Program-made: the position numbers and the translations under genes
Part shown: positions 41,425-56,202 of the stretch, one piece after another
How the letters are laid out: each line of letters opens with the position of its first letter
Position numbering within the stretch: the first letter of the stretch is position 1
Notes under the pieces: generated by a model
Seen by the model: only the letters and a program-made list of their open reading frames with translations
What the model was told of the DNA's origin: nothing
Databases searched by the model: none
Assembly: GCA_964016885.1 (NCBI GenBank)
Contig: OZ024762.1
Coordinates: 19,220,001-19,284,000, forward strand
Direction: 5' to 3'
Source of the DNA: Eledone cirrhosa
Taxonomy: Eukaryota
Length of the DNA stretch: 64,000 nt

Positions 41425-41628
41425 ATATTATATATATATATATATAATATTACATATATATATTATATATATATATATAATATTACATATATATATTATA
41501 TATATATATATATAATATTACATATATATATTATATATATATATATATATTATTACATATATATTATATATATATATATATTATTACATATATATATTAT
41601 ATATATATATTATTACATATATATATTA

Positions 41629-41663
<35 letters not shown>

Positions 41664-42405
41664 TATTACATATATATATTATATATATATATTATTACAT
41701 ATATATATTATATATATATATATGTAATATATATTATATATATATATATATATATTATTATATATATATATATATATACATTATATATATATTATATATA
41801 TAATTATATATATATATATATATATATACATTATATATATATTATATATTATATATATATATTATATTATATATATATATTATATTATATATATATATAT
41901 TATTATATATATATATATATTATATTATATATATATATATTATTATATATATATATATATATTATATTATATATATATAATTATATTATATATATATTAT
42001 TATATTATATATATATATATTATTATATATATATTATATATATATATTATATTATATATTTATATATATATATATATATTATTATATATTTATATATATA
42101 TATATATTATATATATATATATTTATATATATATATATATTATATATATATATTATATTATATATATATATATTATTATATATATTATATATATATATTA
42201 TTATATATTTATATATATATATATATTATATATATATATATTATATATATATCTATATATATATATATATTATATATATATATATATATATTATTATATA
42301 TATTATATTATATATTATATATATATATTATATATATATATTATATATATATATATATATATTATTACATATATATATATATATATATATTATATGTGTG
42401 TATGT

Positions 42406-42458
<53 letters not shown>
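41425..42458. repeat. Nearly pure AT (TA/TTA)n tract followed by (GTA)n
   Basis: Direct reading. Confidence 0.95.
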
Positions 42459-42461
<3 letters not shown>

Positions 42462-42749
42462 TCCTTTCCAGTTATATATCAATGGCGGGGAGGAGGGAAA
42501 TCAATTTTATAGTGCTGTAATTTTATTCTCACGCAAAGATGGTAACAATGGAATTGACATAGACCGAGATCTACAAACCTTTACATAATATACAATACCT
42601 CCCCCACCGCTTCAGGGAATATTTCTAAATATTTTCTTTTTACAAACAAACACCGTTAACACACATTACGATTGTGTCATTTTTTATATGTCTTCTGTGC
42701 ACGTAAGAAGCCATTTTCTAGAAATATTTAAAAGTTATTGAATACCGTG

Positions 42750-43465
42750 TTACCTTGTGGTAAGGGTATTGGACTTATGATGATAATGTAATGGGTTCGA
42801 TTCCTCGGCTGGGTTGTGTGCTGTGTTCTTGACCAAAACGTTTGACGTTGTTCCAGTATAGTCAGCTGCGGTAAAAGTTTTGGACTTGATAATCTGGTGG
42901 GTTCGATTCCTGGGCTGGGTTGTATCCTGTGTTCTTGAGAAAAACACTTCCTTTCACATTGCTCCAATATATTCAGCTGTGGTAAAGTTGTTGGACTTAT
43001 GATAATAATGTTGTGAGTTCGATTCCTGGGCTGGGTTGTCCTGTGTTCTTGACTAAAACTTTTGACGTTGTTCCAATATACTCAGTTGTGGGAAAGGTCT
43101 TCGACTTATGATGATTACGTCGTGGGTTCGATTCTTAGACTCGGTTGTGTGCTGTGTTCTTGAGCAAAACACTTCGTTTCATGTTGTTCCAGTATACTCA
43201 GCTATGGTAAAGGTGTTGGACTTGATATTGTCGTGGGTTCGATTCCTGGGCTGGGTTGCGTGTTGTGTTCTTGAGCACAACACTCCATTTCACGTTGCTC
43301 CAGTATACTCGGTTGAAAATGATTACCAGTAATTGTTGGGTGTTTAACTCTGCGAAGGTCTGGCGCCCTTTCCAGGAGGGAGTCTTATACTCTCAGTCAC
43401 TTAACGCCACAGAAACTGCCGGGACAAGCACCGACCTGATGAGCCTCTGGGCTCGAGAGACAGAT
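42750..43465 (+). mobile_element. SINE with five tandem tRNA-head/CORE units and one V-like tail
   Basis: gttcgattc B boxes near 42795, 42901, 43017, 43126 and 43236. Confidence 0.85.
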
Positions 43466-43722
43466 ATCGTCTTTTTCAGATTTAAAAACGTTCGTTCTTC
43501 ATAATATTTAGAAGTGAGTTCTTCCAGGAACCTTCACTGAATAGTTATTTCTCATATTTAGGCACAAGGTCAGCAATTTGAAGTGGGAAGGAGAAAATCG
43601 TGTATATCGACTCCAGTTTTTGACAGATGTTGTATTTTATCGGTTCCAGAAGGATTAAAAACAAAGTTGACCTCGACTAGATATGAACTCAGAATTTAAA
43701 GATCTTGAGCAAATACATTTAA

Positions 43723-43929
43723 CCCTTTAAGCATTTACATTACTCTATATATAGTATTTTTGTGGTAAAGGGTTTATCTTACATAATTATCTCACACAAT
43801 ATCGAATCTATGAGATTTTGATATTATTTATTTTGAGAACAATATCTTAACATTAGTATCAGTAGCCAGTTCCAGCCAGTTCGAATAGAAAGAGGTGAGA
43901 GAATTCTGGCCGGTTGAAATGCTCAAGGG
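43723..43929. mobile_element. piggyBac-like MITE inserted in a SINE
   Basis: TTAA on both sides (43719-43722, 43930-43933); TIRs cccttt(a)agcattt / aaatgctcaaggg. Confidence 0.8.
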
Positions 43930-44100
43930 TTAAACATTTATCCGACGCTCTAAAGAATATTCCAATCCACCACCCTCACCCTCACCTTCATTTAATAATT
44001 GTTTCTACATTAATTACAAGATCAGATGATTATTATTAGTGGGGGAGGGGTGTGATAATGATGATGGTGATCATGATAATGACCTTAATAATGACCCTAA

Positions 44101-44730
44101 TAATTGTTTCTACTTTTGGCACAAGGCCAGCAATTACACAGTGTATTACTGGTACTTTATTTTATCGACCCCGTAAGGATGAAAGGCAAAGTTAACCCAG
44201 GCGGGATTTGAACTCAGAATGGCAAGGGCCGTAACTCTATGCGTCAAAGCATGGCGTCCGACCCTCTACCGATACTGCCAATCCACCGCCTCATGATAAT
44301 GACCCTAATAATGACCCTAATAATTGTTTCAACTTTTGGCACAAGGCCAGCAATTTCAAGGGAGGTAGAAAGTAGATTAAATTGACCTCAGTACATTACT
44401 GGTACATTATTTTATCGACCTCGTTAGGATGAGAGGCAGGGTTTGAACTCAGGACGTAAAGGGACATAACTAAGTGCTGCAAAAAATGTTGTCAGATGCT
44501 CTATCAATCCTGCCAATCCTGCCATTTTCCTTCATTTAATAATTGTTTCTACTTTCGGCACAAGGCCAGCAATTACCCACGACATTACTGGTACTTTATT
44601 TTATCGACCCCGTAAGGATGAAAGGCAAAGTTAACCTCGGCGGGATTTGAACTCAGACCATAAAGGGCCGTAACTCTTTGCTGCAAAGCATGGCGTCAGA
44701 CCCTCTACCGATACTGCCAATCCACCGCCC
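44101..44730 (-). mobile_element. Three head-to-tail tRNA-SINE copies (main family)
   Basis: Minus head ggcggtggattggcagtatcggtagagggtc, B box gagttcaaatccc, body ttaactttgcctttcatccttacggggtcgataaaataaagtaccag. Confidence 0.9.
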
Positions 44731-44819
44731 TGGTTATTCAGACACAAGACCTATCATTTGATAATTACATCCTACCAGTTGAGTTATATGGTCTTGACTG
44801 TGTTAATTAGACGACAAGG

Positions 44820-45195
44820 TCACTTCAGAAACTCTTTACATTCCAGAACCACATCATGAGACTTATGACTGGTAAGCGGCTCAGCGACCGTATTTGTATC
44901 AGTGAGCTGCTCAACATTACCAAACTTAGACCAATTACATCAATTGCCAAGTCAAGAGTACTCAAACTATGCAGCCATATAAAAAGATCAACTCGTTGTG
45001 TGAGTCGGTTATGCCTGGAAGGAAGGTTGGCTGGTAAAAGAAGCAGAGGCCGGCAGCCGAAACGATGGCTTGACCATGTCAATTTATGGACTGGACTTGA
45101 TCTTTGCTCTTTAAACTCTGCTGCTGGTGATCGAACTTTGTGGAGAAAAATATCTCATGTTGATATGCAGTCTGCAACTGGCGGAGTTTAGCGTC
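44820..45195 (+). mobile_element. RTE-type LINE 3' fragment
   Basis: ORF 44856..45191: SRVLKLCSHIKR...LEGRLAGKRSRGRQPKRWLDHV...AAGDRTLWR, typical of the RTE C-terminus. Confidence 0.85.
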
Positions 45196-46177
45196 AAAGT
45201 GGACAGAAGACCGGTAATTTCGAGGTGAGAAAATTGATTATATTGACGCCAGTACTCGATTTGTGACTTTTTATCGGCCCTGATAGGATAAAAAGTAAAG
45301 TTTACCTCGGCAGGTTTTGAAATCTGAACACAAAGTGCTAAAACGGATTCCGCAAAGAATTCTATTCAGCTGGAATACCAGAAATGCGGGGTTCGATTCC
45401 TCACAGGTATCTCTGTCTACTTTTTTGGTCTCCAAGTGCCTTTTACCTGATTTCTTTTTAAAAATCATTATTATTATAGTTATCAACTATTATCATATTT
45501 ATCCGCACTGTAGAGATTATATTTTAAAATTGTCTACAAATATGGAAATATATAGATGTGGAAGTAAACATTCTAGCGTAATAAGACTCTTTGAAACTTG
45601 GAAAATTCTCGGCAAACGCTGCCACTCTCCTAGATATTTAGCTATAAATTTTTAGAGAGGAAAAAAAAAGCCAACTTCAAACGAAGTTCAAATTCAGGAG
45701 CTATATATATTTGGATAATAGATACTGTGTGTGTTTCATTCCATAAAACTCAAAATAAAATATCATGTAAAATATCATGTAAAATAATAATAATAATAAC
45801 AATAATAATAACAATAACAACAATAATAACAATGATAACAACAACAATAATAATAATAATAATAATAATGGTAAGTAATAATATAGTGCACATACGTGCG
45901 AATATATGCAAATCTGTGTGCAAATATATGCAAGAACATATGAGCAAATATACACCTAGCATACATAGGTCTGCATACGAGACTATCAGCATGAATTTCG
46001 AATGTACTAGAATGTTGACTTTCGGTGTTATTGTTGTTATTGTTATTATTATTATTATTATTATTAAAAACAGTGACAAAAAATGTATTGCAAATGTTAT
46101 AGCAAATACGAAAGAATAATTCAGTAGCGGATTTTTTTTATTATTCTATCCCTTCCCCAACCACACACACATACACG

Positions 46178-46243
<66 letters not shown>

Positions 46244-46498
46244 TACACGTATATACATATGTGCATTTATGTATGTATATATATATATATATACATTTAA
46301 ATATATACATGCGCATACACACACATATATATACATATACTTTTATTTGAATTATATATTCAGTGTTTGCTTATTTATTTTTATTTATACATTTTCTCTC
46401 TGCTATCAAACATTCGTATCAAAGATGTATGCAGACAAATTTTTCCATAAATTTGTTTTTATTGGCATATTTTTTATTTTATTTTTTATATTTTTTTC

Positions 46499-46552
<54 letters not shown>

Positions 46553-47085
46553 CTATACGGGTATGCAAATATGTGTGTGTGCGTATGTATATCCACACAT
46601 AGACAAACGTATATTTTTATTTAATTTATATTTTCCGCCATATTTTTTGATTTGTTACTTTTGCAATTCAAACGAAAAGTTAAACATGAAATAAAAAAAG
46701 GCAGCCATTTTAACTTTGAGAGATTTGACGCGAATTTGAATGCAAACATGACTGAAGACGCATCAAGATTTCGAAGAAGAATTTTATATAAAAAACAAAA
46801 ACAGAACAACAATTCTTAGCCTTTACTTATAAAAATACATTCTGTTGTATTTATATACTAAGTTTGGACACAATATATTAGGAATTATTTATATTTTAGC
46901 TTATGTTTGTTGTTTCTTTGGTTGTTTGTGCAACCCTTAACGTCCTGTATGACATGGACCGCGTCAGAAAAAAATCCTCCATGCGTGCATCACATTAAAA
47001 ATTAGCTTTTATTTTTGTCTACTGTAAATTTTCTCAAAGATCTGTCCACTAGTAAACGTACTATAAACATCTGAATTAACAAACT

Positions 47086-47400
47086 AGAAAATCGTGTATA
47101 TCGACTCCAGTTTTTGACAGATGCTATATTTTATCGGCCCCAGAAGGATTAAAGATAAAGTTGACCTCGATTAGATATGAACTCAGAATGTAAAGATCTT
47201 GAGCAAATACATTTAACCCTTTGGGATTTACATTACTATAGTATTGTATTTTTGTGGTAAAGGCTTTATCTTACATAATAACGAATCTACTAGATTTTGA
47301 TATTATTTATTTTGAAAACAATATCTTAACATCAGTATCAGTAGCCAGTTACAGCCAATTCGAACAGAAAGAGGCGAGGGAATTCTGGCTGGATATGGCC
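47086..47400. repeat. Diverged duplicate of 43592-43910 (SINE plus MITE junction)
   Basis: Same SINE flank and same aaatacatTTAAcccttt insertion junction. Confidence 0.8.
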
Positions 47401-47691
47401 AGATAAGCATGGAATCGCATCAGAAAAAAAATCCTCTATGTGTGCATCACATTAAAAATTAGCCTTCATTTTAGTCTACTGTAAACTTTCTCAAAGATCT
47501 GTCCACTAGTAAAGGTACTATAAACATTTGAATTAACAAACCACGTGAAACTATATTGACAAGACATTCTTGAAAACTACAGAACAGCACTATGACTGCA
47601 TCACATTATAAATTAGCCTTTATTTTAGTCTCCTGTAAATTATCACAAATATCTGTCCACTAGTAAAGGTACTATAAACATCTGAAAAATT

Positions 47692-48500
47692 TGTCGATCG
47701 ACTTTCGTCAAATCGGACCGAGGAAACAATGTTTCCGTTGGTCTTTCCAATTGCTAATACTATCTATCGGTCGCAACTCCAGGTAGAAGGAGCAACGTGA
47801 AATAAAGTGTCTTGCTCAAGGACATAACGCATCACCCGGTCCAGGAATCGAACTCATAACTTCACGATTGCGAATCCAGTTCTCTAACCAATCAGCCACA
47901 CGCCTTCACTAACATCTAAATTAACAAATAATTGTTTCTACTAGGCCAGCAATTACCCAGTGCATTACTGGTACTTTATTTTATCGATGAAAGGCAAAGT
48001 TAACCTTGGCGGGATTTGAACTCAGAATGGCAAGGGCCGTAACTCCATGCGTCAAAGCATGGCGTCCGACCCTCTACCGATACTGCCAATCCACAATGAT
48101 TTCTAACTATAGGCACAAGGCCAGTAATTTGAGGGGAGGGGAAAGTCGATTAAATCGACCCCAGTACATTACTGGTACTTTATTTTATCGACCCCGTAAG
48201 GATGAAAGCAAAGTTAACTTCGGCGGGATTTGAACTCAGACTATAAAAGGGCCGTAACTCTGTGCTGCAAAGCATGGTGTCCGACCCTCTACCGATACTG
48301 CCAATCCACTGACCTAGAGTTTCTACTTTTGGCACAAGGCCAGCGAATACCCCAGTGCATCACTGGTACTTTATTTTATAGACCTCGTAATGTTGACAGA
48401 CAAAGTTAACTTCGGCGGTATTTGAACACAGAACGCAAAGGGGCATAGCTATGCTGCAAAGCATGGTGTCTGGCGCTCTACCGATTACTGCCCAACCACT
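47692..48500 (-). mobile_element. SINE cluster: one copy of the 37466 family (47692-47909) and three main-family copies (47930-48500)
   Basis: Sequence matches to the families above. Confidence 0.85.
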
Positions 48501-48999
48501 ATTAACAAATATGAAACCATATTGCCAAGAATTTCTTGAAAATTACAAAACATTAAAAATTAGTCTTTACTAAAAATGTTCAGAACGACCTGTTCACTTG
48601 TAAATGTACTATAAATATTTCAAGATGGTATCGAGAAGAACGAAAACTTTTGGGTGAATTGAGTTGATAGAATCTAGGCTGAAGACAATTGGATGGGCAG
48701 TACCAGTAATTCAATGGGCAAACTTTGTTTCAAATTGTGTAGTGCTGATTCTGCTTTTACATTACGTTAAGGATACACGTGTCTATGAGATAAGCAGCCC
48801 ATTACGCCGTAATTCGTTCGACGAGAGAGTAGGTATGTTGAAGGAGCACAACCGGATTAGTCATCGTTGAATGCGACGGATGACCCGTTTAACCACTCCT
48901 GCTTTTATATCTCCATATCTCCATATCTCGTAATCCGTAGTCGGAAAATGAAAGTGTGTGTACGTGTATTTAAATGTATACAACACACACACACACATA

Positions 49000-49031
<32 letters not shown>

Positions 49032-49039
<8 letters not shown>

Positions 49040-49835
49040 CCCAGCTTATACTGATAGAATAACTATGTAGCTTGTGTTTCTTCCTATCTTCGGTTAGCTT
49101 TCCCCTGTTTGTTTACTTGTCTCACTCGCTTTACGCGTTTTAATTGTCCTAATAACTTATTTTAGTTATTATTGCACCAACGTGAGGTATATGATTTTTA
49201 ATGCAATGAAATACCAATGACCGTTGGCAAATCACTGATGAGGGACTCATTTTATAACATGTTATCCATGTGCAACCATGCAGTATTCTTCTCCCCATAT
49301 TTTTCACATATATTTACCTAAACTGCGATTCTGTTTTTCTCTCTCTCTCTTACTGCTCCCTCGTTCTCTCTGTTTCTTTTACTTTCTTTCGTCCCCTCTG
49401 TCATGTCAGTTAACACTTTCTCTCTACTGACCTCTTCCTCGCACTTCCACTCACTCACTCACTGTTTCTCCCCTTCTCACTTCCCCCCGTTCGCTACGAA
49501 AACGATTTCCTTCTTTCTTACATCGGATTCATCGCGAAAGGTCTATTTTTTACTCGCTCATATATTCACCCAGCTTATACTGATAGAATAACCATGTAGC
49601 TTGTGTTTCTTCCTATCTTTGGTTAGCTTTCCCCTGTTTGTTTACTTGTCTCACTCGCTTTACGCGTTTTAATTGTCCTAATAACTTATTTTAGTTATTA
49701 TTGCACCAACGTGAGGTATATGATTTTTAATGCAATGAAATACCAATGACCGTTGGCAAATCACTGATGAGGGACTCATTTTATAACATGTTATCCATGT
49801 GCAACCATGCAGTATTCTTCTCCCCATATTTTTAC
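49032..49835 (+). repeat. Partial tandem element: ~275-bp direct repeats with a 529-bp period, flanked by (TA)n
   Basis: tatattcacccagc at 49032 and 49561; CTGATGA at 49235 and 49764. Confidence 0.85.
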
Positions 49836-49916
49836 ATATATATATATATATATATACACAGGTATATATATATATATATATACACATATATATATACATA
49901 TATATACACATATACA

Positions 49917-49952
<36 letters not shown>

Positions 49953-50009
49953 CATATATATACACATATACATATATATATATATACATATATATACATA
50001 TATATATAC

Positions 50010-50058
<49 letters not shown>

Positions 50059-50218
50059 CATATATATGAATACATATATATAATATAATTATTTATATAT
50101 TATATGAGTGTATATATATATGTATATATATATAATATAATTATTTATATATTATATGAGTGTATATATATATATATGTATATATATATAATATAATTAT
50201 TTATATATTATATGAGTG

Positions 50219-50252
<34 letters not shown>

Positions 50253-50280
50253 ATATAATTATTTATATATTATATGAGTG

Positions 50281-50333
<53 letters not shown>

Positions 50334-50407
50334 GAATACATATATATAATATAATTACACACTTATATATATAATATAATTATTTATATATTTTATGAGT
50401 GTATATA

Positions 50408-50440
<33 letters not shown>

Positions 50441-50697
50441 GAATATATATACATATATATATGAATATATATATACATATATATATGAATATATATATAC
50501 ATATATATATATGAATATATATATACATATATATATATGAATACATATACATATATATATATGAATATATATATACATATATATATATATGAATACATAT
50601 ATATATATATACATATATATACATATATATATATATATGCATATATATATATATGAATACATATATATATATATACACATATATATATATGAATACA

Positions 50698-50730
<33 letters not shown>

Positions 50731-50858
50731 GAATACATATATATACATATATATATATATATGAATACATATATATATATGAATATATAATATAATTCCA
50801 CACATATATATAATATAATTATTTATATATTATATGAGTGTATATATACATGTGTGTG

Positions 50859-50929
<71 letters not shown>

Positions 50930-51809
50930 ACTGATATTTATGTATATAAATACATTATTTACACATTTCTCTCCTTCCCTATCAACTTGTGATATTTTAT
51001 TTAACCAAATATTTTTCGATATATATATTTCAATCTTTTTATTTTTTGACATTCTACCACGAATGAAAATTCACTGCTGCCCGTCATATACTATTTTTAA
51101 AATAAATCTAATCTTTAAAAAAAGGATATTAAGAATATATTTATATCAGAATTTACACTTTTCAGTGAAATACATATATTTTTTCATCAAAGACGACAAG
51201 CCTGCGTTGTGCTGAATTGGATCTCCGTCGATTTTGACGACGAGAGTATCCAGTTCATGTGATCAACAGAACCTGTTCGAGAAATTAATATGGAACTTTT
51301 TGAGCATTTGTCAGATCAGTCTTCCTGTAATTCAGTTCAACCTGCTTTATGGTCGAGTGGTCTCACAAGATCCTGTTCTGGTCTGGTCGGGTGAGAAGAG
51401 AAAGTGGAACCCCAGCTGCACAAAAAGCAAGAGCTACTAAAAAGGGTGGATGCACTCCTCTAAGTCATTGGCCATCCACAAGAATTATCGGTTAAATAGC
51501 TTCATTGGCCAAGCGTGGTAAGAAGGGACGGCAAAACCCATGACATGAACGAAACCAAACAGAAAGCGACTGGTTCCTCCAAAAGGAGTAAAATGACCCT
51601 TGATTGGATTGGCTGAGTAATCCGTAGGGACACTCAAATCGGCACACTATGTACAAAAGGTGGCCCTTTGGGCTACGAATGCTCCAGTGGTTTGATCAAT
51701 GGAACTGCCTGCTTGTAGAATTGAAGTTCAAGTGGATAAGAAAGACATAGATGCATACACCCTTAACGTAAATTCTCAGGGAGATTCAACATAACACTGT
51801 GAAATACAT

Positions 51810-52380
51810 CTTTAGTAATAAAGACGTTGGCTGTATTCTGTATTGGTAGCGAAGGTTATATCCTTAAAGAAGATAGAGATGTAAGGCTGCGTGTTTATGT
51901 TTAGTCCTGGTGAAAAGATCAGAAGGCATACTTCAAAACATAACAAAGATTTATTTTTGCTTGACGTGAACGCATGTAGAAAGGGTGTGAAGTGGTACAC
52001 AGATTTTTGTGTAACAAAGCTGACATGTAATGGCAAATCTCTTAAAGGCAAGTACTTTGAAACCAAGTTGTCGGTTACGGTAAATCTCCTAAAAGCCGTA
52101 TTATAAAACTACTCTCATTGTTAGAGAGCAAAGTCACAGGAGCAAAGAAGCCATTATGAGCTGTTAGTCGACGACTCCAAAACGCAACTGGTGGGTAGTT
52201 TTGAAGATGGTATATCGACCAGGAAAGCCATTTGTGAGCTGCTGGTGTCGACGAAATAAAAGCCCAATTGCTAGCTAGAATTGAAAAAAGGCGCGAAAAA
52301 ACTGAAAAAGAACTGAAAAAACTGCTGGGCGGAAGTCGTCTTTTGTATTCATAGGCTGGCGAGTGACAAAGCACGACCAA
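51810..52380 (+). pseudogene. Possible decayed coding fragment of unknown family
   Basis: One frame reads protein-like through three stops, then shifts to DEIKAQLLARIEKRREKTEKELKKLLGG; no motif recognised. Confidence 0.35.
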
Positions 52381-53820
52381 ATTACTCCGCAGCGATGAAA
52401 TAGTGCCATTGCTTGCTACACATCTGACCGTGTAAATTACTGGTACAGACCATCTTGTATTACAATATCAGCGACTAAACATTCTCCAGAAGTTGTGTGA
52501 GAGGAAAATGAAATAAAGTGTCTCAGTCAAAGAAACAACCCGCCAACGGGAATCAAACCCACTCACGTTTCTCAGACAAACACACTAACCTCCAAGCTAC
52601 ACATCTTCACACCGGCGTATTTTATGTTTAAACTAAATCTAATCTTTAAAAAAAAACGTTTACAAAATATATACAGAAATCTACAAATTCCCGTGAAATA
52701 TTTTTTTATCCAGGACGACAAACCTACATTATCAAAGAATTGTTTTATATAAATTCATTTTTCTAATTACAAATTTTGTTCAAGGAAAACAGTATTTACT
52801 CAAGATTTACATTTAAATGCGTTTTTCGTTTTTGTTTATTTATTTTTATTTTTTTGTGTTCGGTTTGTGTTATTTTTTGTTGTTTTTTTGTAGTTTAAAT
52901 GGATTAGATATTTTTGTGAATGAATATATGTATGAACTTTTGTATGTATGTATTTTGGGTGTATGTGTATATAAGATTATATGTGTGTGTATATAAGATT
53001 ATATGTGTGTGTATATAAGATTATATGTGTGTGTATATAAGATTATATGTGTGTGTATATAAGATTATATGTGTGTGTATAAGATATATATGTGTGTGAA
53101 TATGCATATATGTGTATGTATGTATGTGTGCGTCTGTGTATATGCATACATATATTTGTGTATAGATGTATAGATATATAGTTGTGTAAAAAGATGTATA
53201 GATATATATGTGTTTGTATATATATATATATATGCATATGTGTATATATATATATATATATGCATATAAGTGTATATATATATATATATGCATATAAGTG
53301 TATATATATATGTATATGTGTGCATATATATGTATATGTGTGCATATATATGTGTATATGTATATATATGTGTATATATATATATGTGTATATATGTGTA
53401 TATATATATATATGTGTATATATATGTATATATATGTGTATATATATATATGTATATATGTATTTATATATGTATGTATATATGTATTTATATATGTATG
53501 TATATATGTATGTATATATATATGTATATATATATGTATATATATGTATATATGTATTTATATATGTATGTATATATATATGTATATATATATGTATATA
53601 TATGTATATATATGTATATGTATATATGTGTATATATATATATACATGTGTGTGTTTATATATGTATAGATATGTGTGTATATGTATATATGTATATATA
53701 TGTATATATATATATATATATATATACATGTGTGTGTTTATATATGTATACATATGTATATATGTACATATTTAAGTATACATATAAAAAATATATACAT
53801 ATGTATATATTTGTGTGTGT

Positions 53821-53852
<32 letters not shown>

Positions 53853-54225
53853 GCACGTACGAATACTTGTATTGGTTTATATAAATACATAAATTTATGT
53901 GCTCATGCGAATGTTTGATATGTGCGCATAAACGTTGTGTATATGAATCTATATATAAGTATGTATGTAGATGTAAATATATATATGTGTGTGTGTAGAT
54001 GTAAATATATGTGTGTGTGTAGATGTGTGTAGATGTAAATATGTGTGTGTGTGTGTGTGTGTGTGCGTGTGTGTGTGTAAATATATCTGTAAACTAGTTT
54101 ACATGGTTAAATAAATGCACACACATATATAATGTATATATTATGCATGTATCGTTGTATTTACATGCATATATATTTTTTCATCAATGTGTGTGTGTAT
54201 GTATGTGTGTGCCGGAGTGCTTAGA

Positions 54226-54352
54226 TATATTTTGATGCATACGTACTCCAATATATTATGTGCATATATATATATATATATATATATTGTTATACTTTGG
54301 GAGGGTCATGTTGCCAATAAGAAACACACGCAACATGACCCTCCCAAAGTAT

Positions 54353-54389
<37 letters not shown>

Positions 54390-54520
54390 ATATATTGGAG
54401 CACGTATGCATCAAAATATACACATAATATATTGGCAACATGACCCTCCCGAAGTATAACAATATCGGTTTCAACACACGATTTCAGATAAAGAATCTTG
54501 CTAAACAAATTCAGAAACGA
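54226..54520. repeat. Inverted repeat whose arms include a (TA)n tract, plus a third partial copy
   Basis: ~54226-54313 inverted at ~54330-54420; gcaacatgaccctccc repeated at 54330 and 54435. Confidence 0.8.
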
Positions 54521-54536
54521 AATATATATATATATA

Positions 54537-54742
54537 GTAATAATAAAATTGAAGACTAAAATCCAAAGTGGGCTCGAGCGAACGTTTCCACGAACCAAAG
54601 TATCGTCTTCCTGTCTTCCTCCGGTTGCAACGTTTTTTGAAATATCCAGTTCTGCGTTTACAGATTGACTTTGTTAGCTTCAAAAGATCCCGTTAAGGGT
54701 GAAAGCAGCGATTCTTTGCTTAAACTTTAATCTGTTATTTTA

Positions 54743-54743
<1 letters not shown>
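54537..54743 (+). mobile_element. Longest (~205-bp) copy of the variant-HHR TA-inserted element
   Basis: Both termini shared with 38270-38370 and 2129-2237; core decayed to CAAAAGA. Confidence 0.7.
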
Positions 54744-54773
<30 letters not shown>

Positions 54774-54917
54774 AGTAAATATACACATACACGCAAACGA
54801 AGACATGCAAACGCGCACACACACACATATTATATACACACACATTTCATTACATTAATGCACACGCTTTTTGGGGGGAGGGGTTGTGAGTTACGCAGTA
54901 GGCAAACTTAGATCTAT

Positions 54918-54956
<39 letters not shown>

Positions 54957-55834
54957 GATAAATCTCCCAAAATATATGTGTCGGTATGTATATTCCCTCT
55001 GATAGTTTGTAAAAATTTTACATTTCTCTATATGATATACATACCAACACTAACACATATATATCCTAGAAACGATTGTAAAATGATGAATTTTTTTAAT
55101 ATAAAAAACTGTTTCTTTGTTTTTATTCATTATTTTTTTAATTTATATACATATATATATATATATGTGTGTGTACATATGTGTATATGTATATATGTGT
55201 GTGTACATATGTGTATATGTATATATGTGTGTGTGTGTGCGTGTGTGTGTGTGTGTGTGTACATATGTGTATATGTATATGTGTGTGTGTGTACATATGT
55301 GTATATGTATATATGTGTGTGTGTGTGTACATATGTGTATATGTATATATGTGTGTGTGTACATATGTGTATATGTATATATGTGTGTGCGTATACATAT
55401 GTGTATATATGTGTGTGTATATATATGTGTATATGTATATATGTGTATGTGTGTACATATGTGTATATGTATATATATGTGTGTGTGTGTGTGTGTACAT
55501 ATGTGTATATATATATATTTGTGTATATATATGTGTATATACATATATATGTGTGTGTATATATGTATGTGTGTATATGTGTATGTATGTGTGTGTATGT
55601 GTATGTATATATGTATATGTGTGTATGTATTTATGTAGGTGTGTATGTATTTATGTAGGTGTGTATGTATATATGTATGTGTATATGTATATATGTATAT
55701 GTATGTGTATATGTATATATGTATATATATATGTATATGTATATATGTATATGTATATATATATGTATGTATATATGTATGTATATATCTATATATATAT
55801 GTATATGTATGTATATATGTATGTATATATCTAT

Positions 55835-55866
<32 letters not shown>

Positions 55867-56051
55867 GTGGATATGTATATATATATATGTGGATATGTGT
55901 ATATATAAGTATATGTATGTATATATATATGTATGTATATATATAAGTATATGTATGTATATATATATATGAATATGTATGTATATATATATGTATGTAT
56001 ATATATATATGTGTATGTATATGTATATATATATATGTATATATATATATG

Positions 56052-56099
<48 letters not shown>

Positions 56100-56124
56100 C
56101 ATATATATATATGTATATATATAC

Positions 56125-56202
<78 letters not shown>

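Noticed and set aside
43430-43462. CTGATGA-gcc/ggc in a SINE tail
   Set aside because: Followed by tcGAGA with no stem III; it is ordinary SINE tail sequence.
46695-46712. YY1-like AAAATGGCTGCC on the minus strand
   Set aside because: A single short motif with no supporting promoter or gene context.
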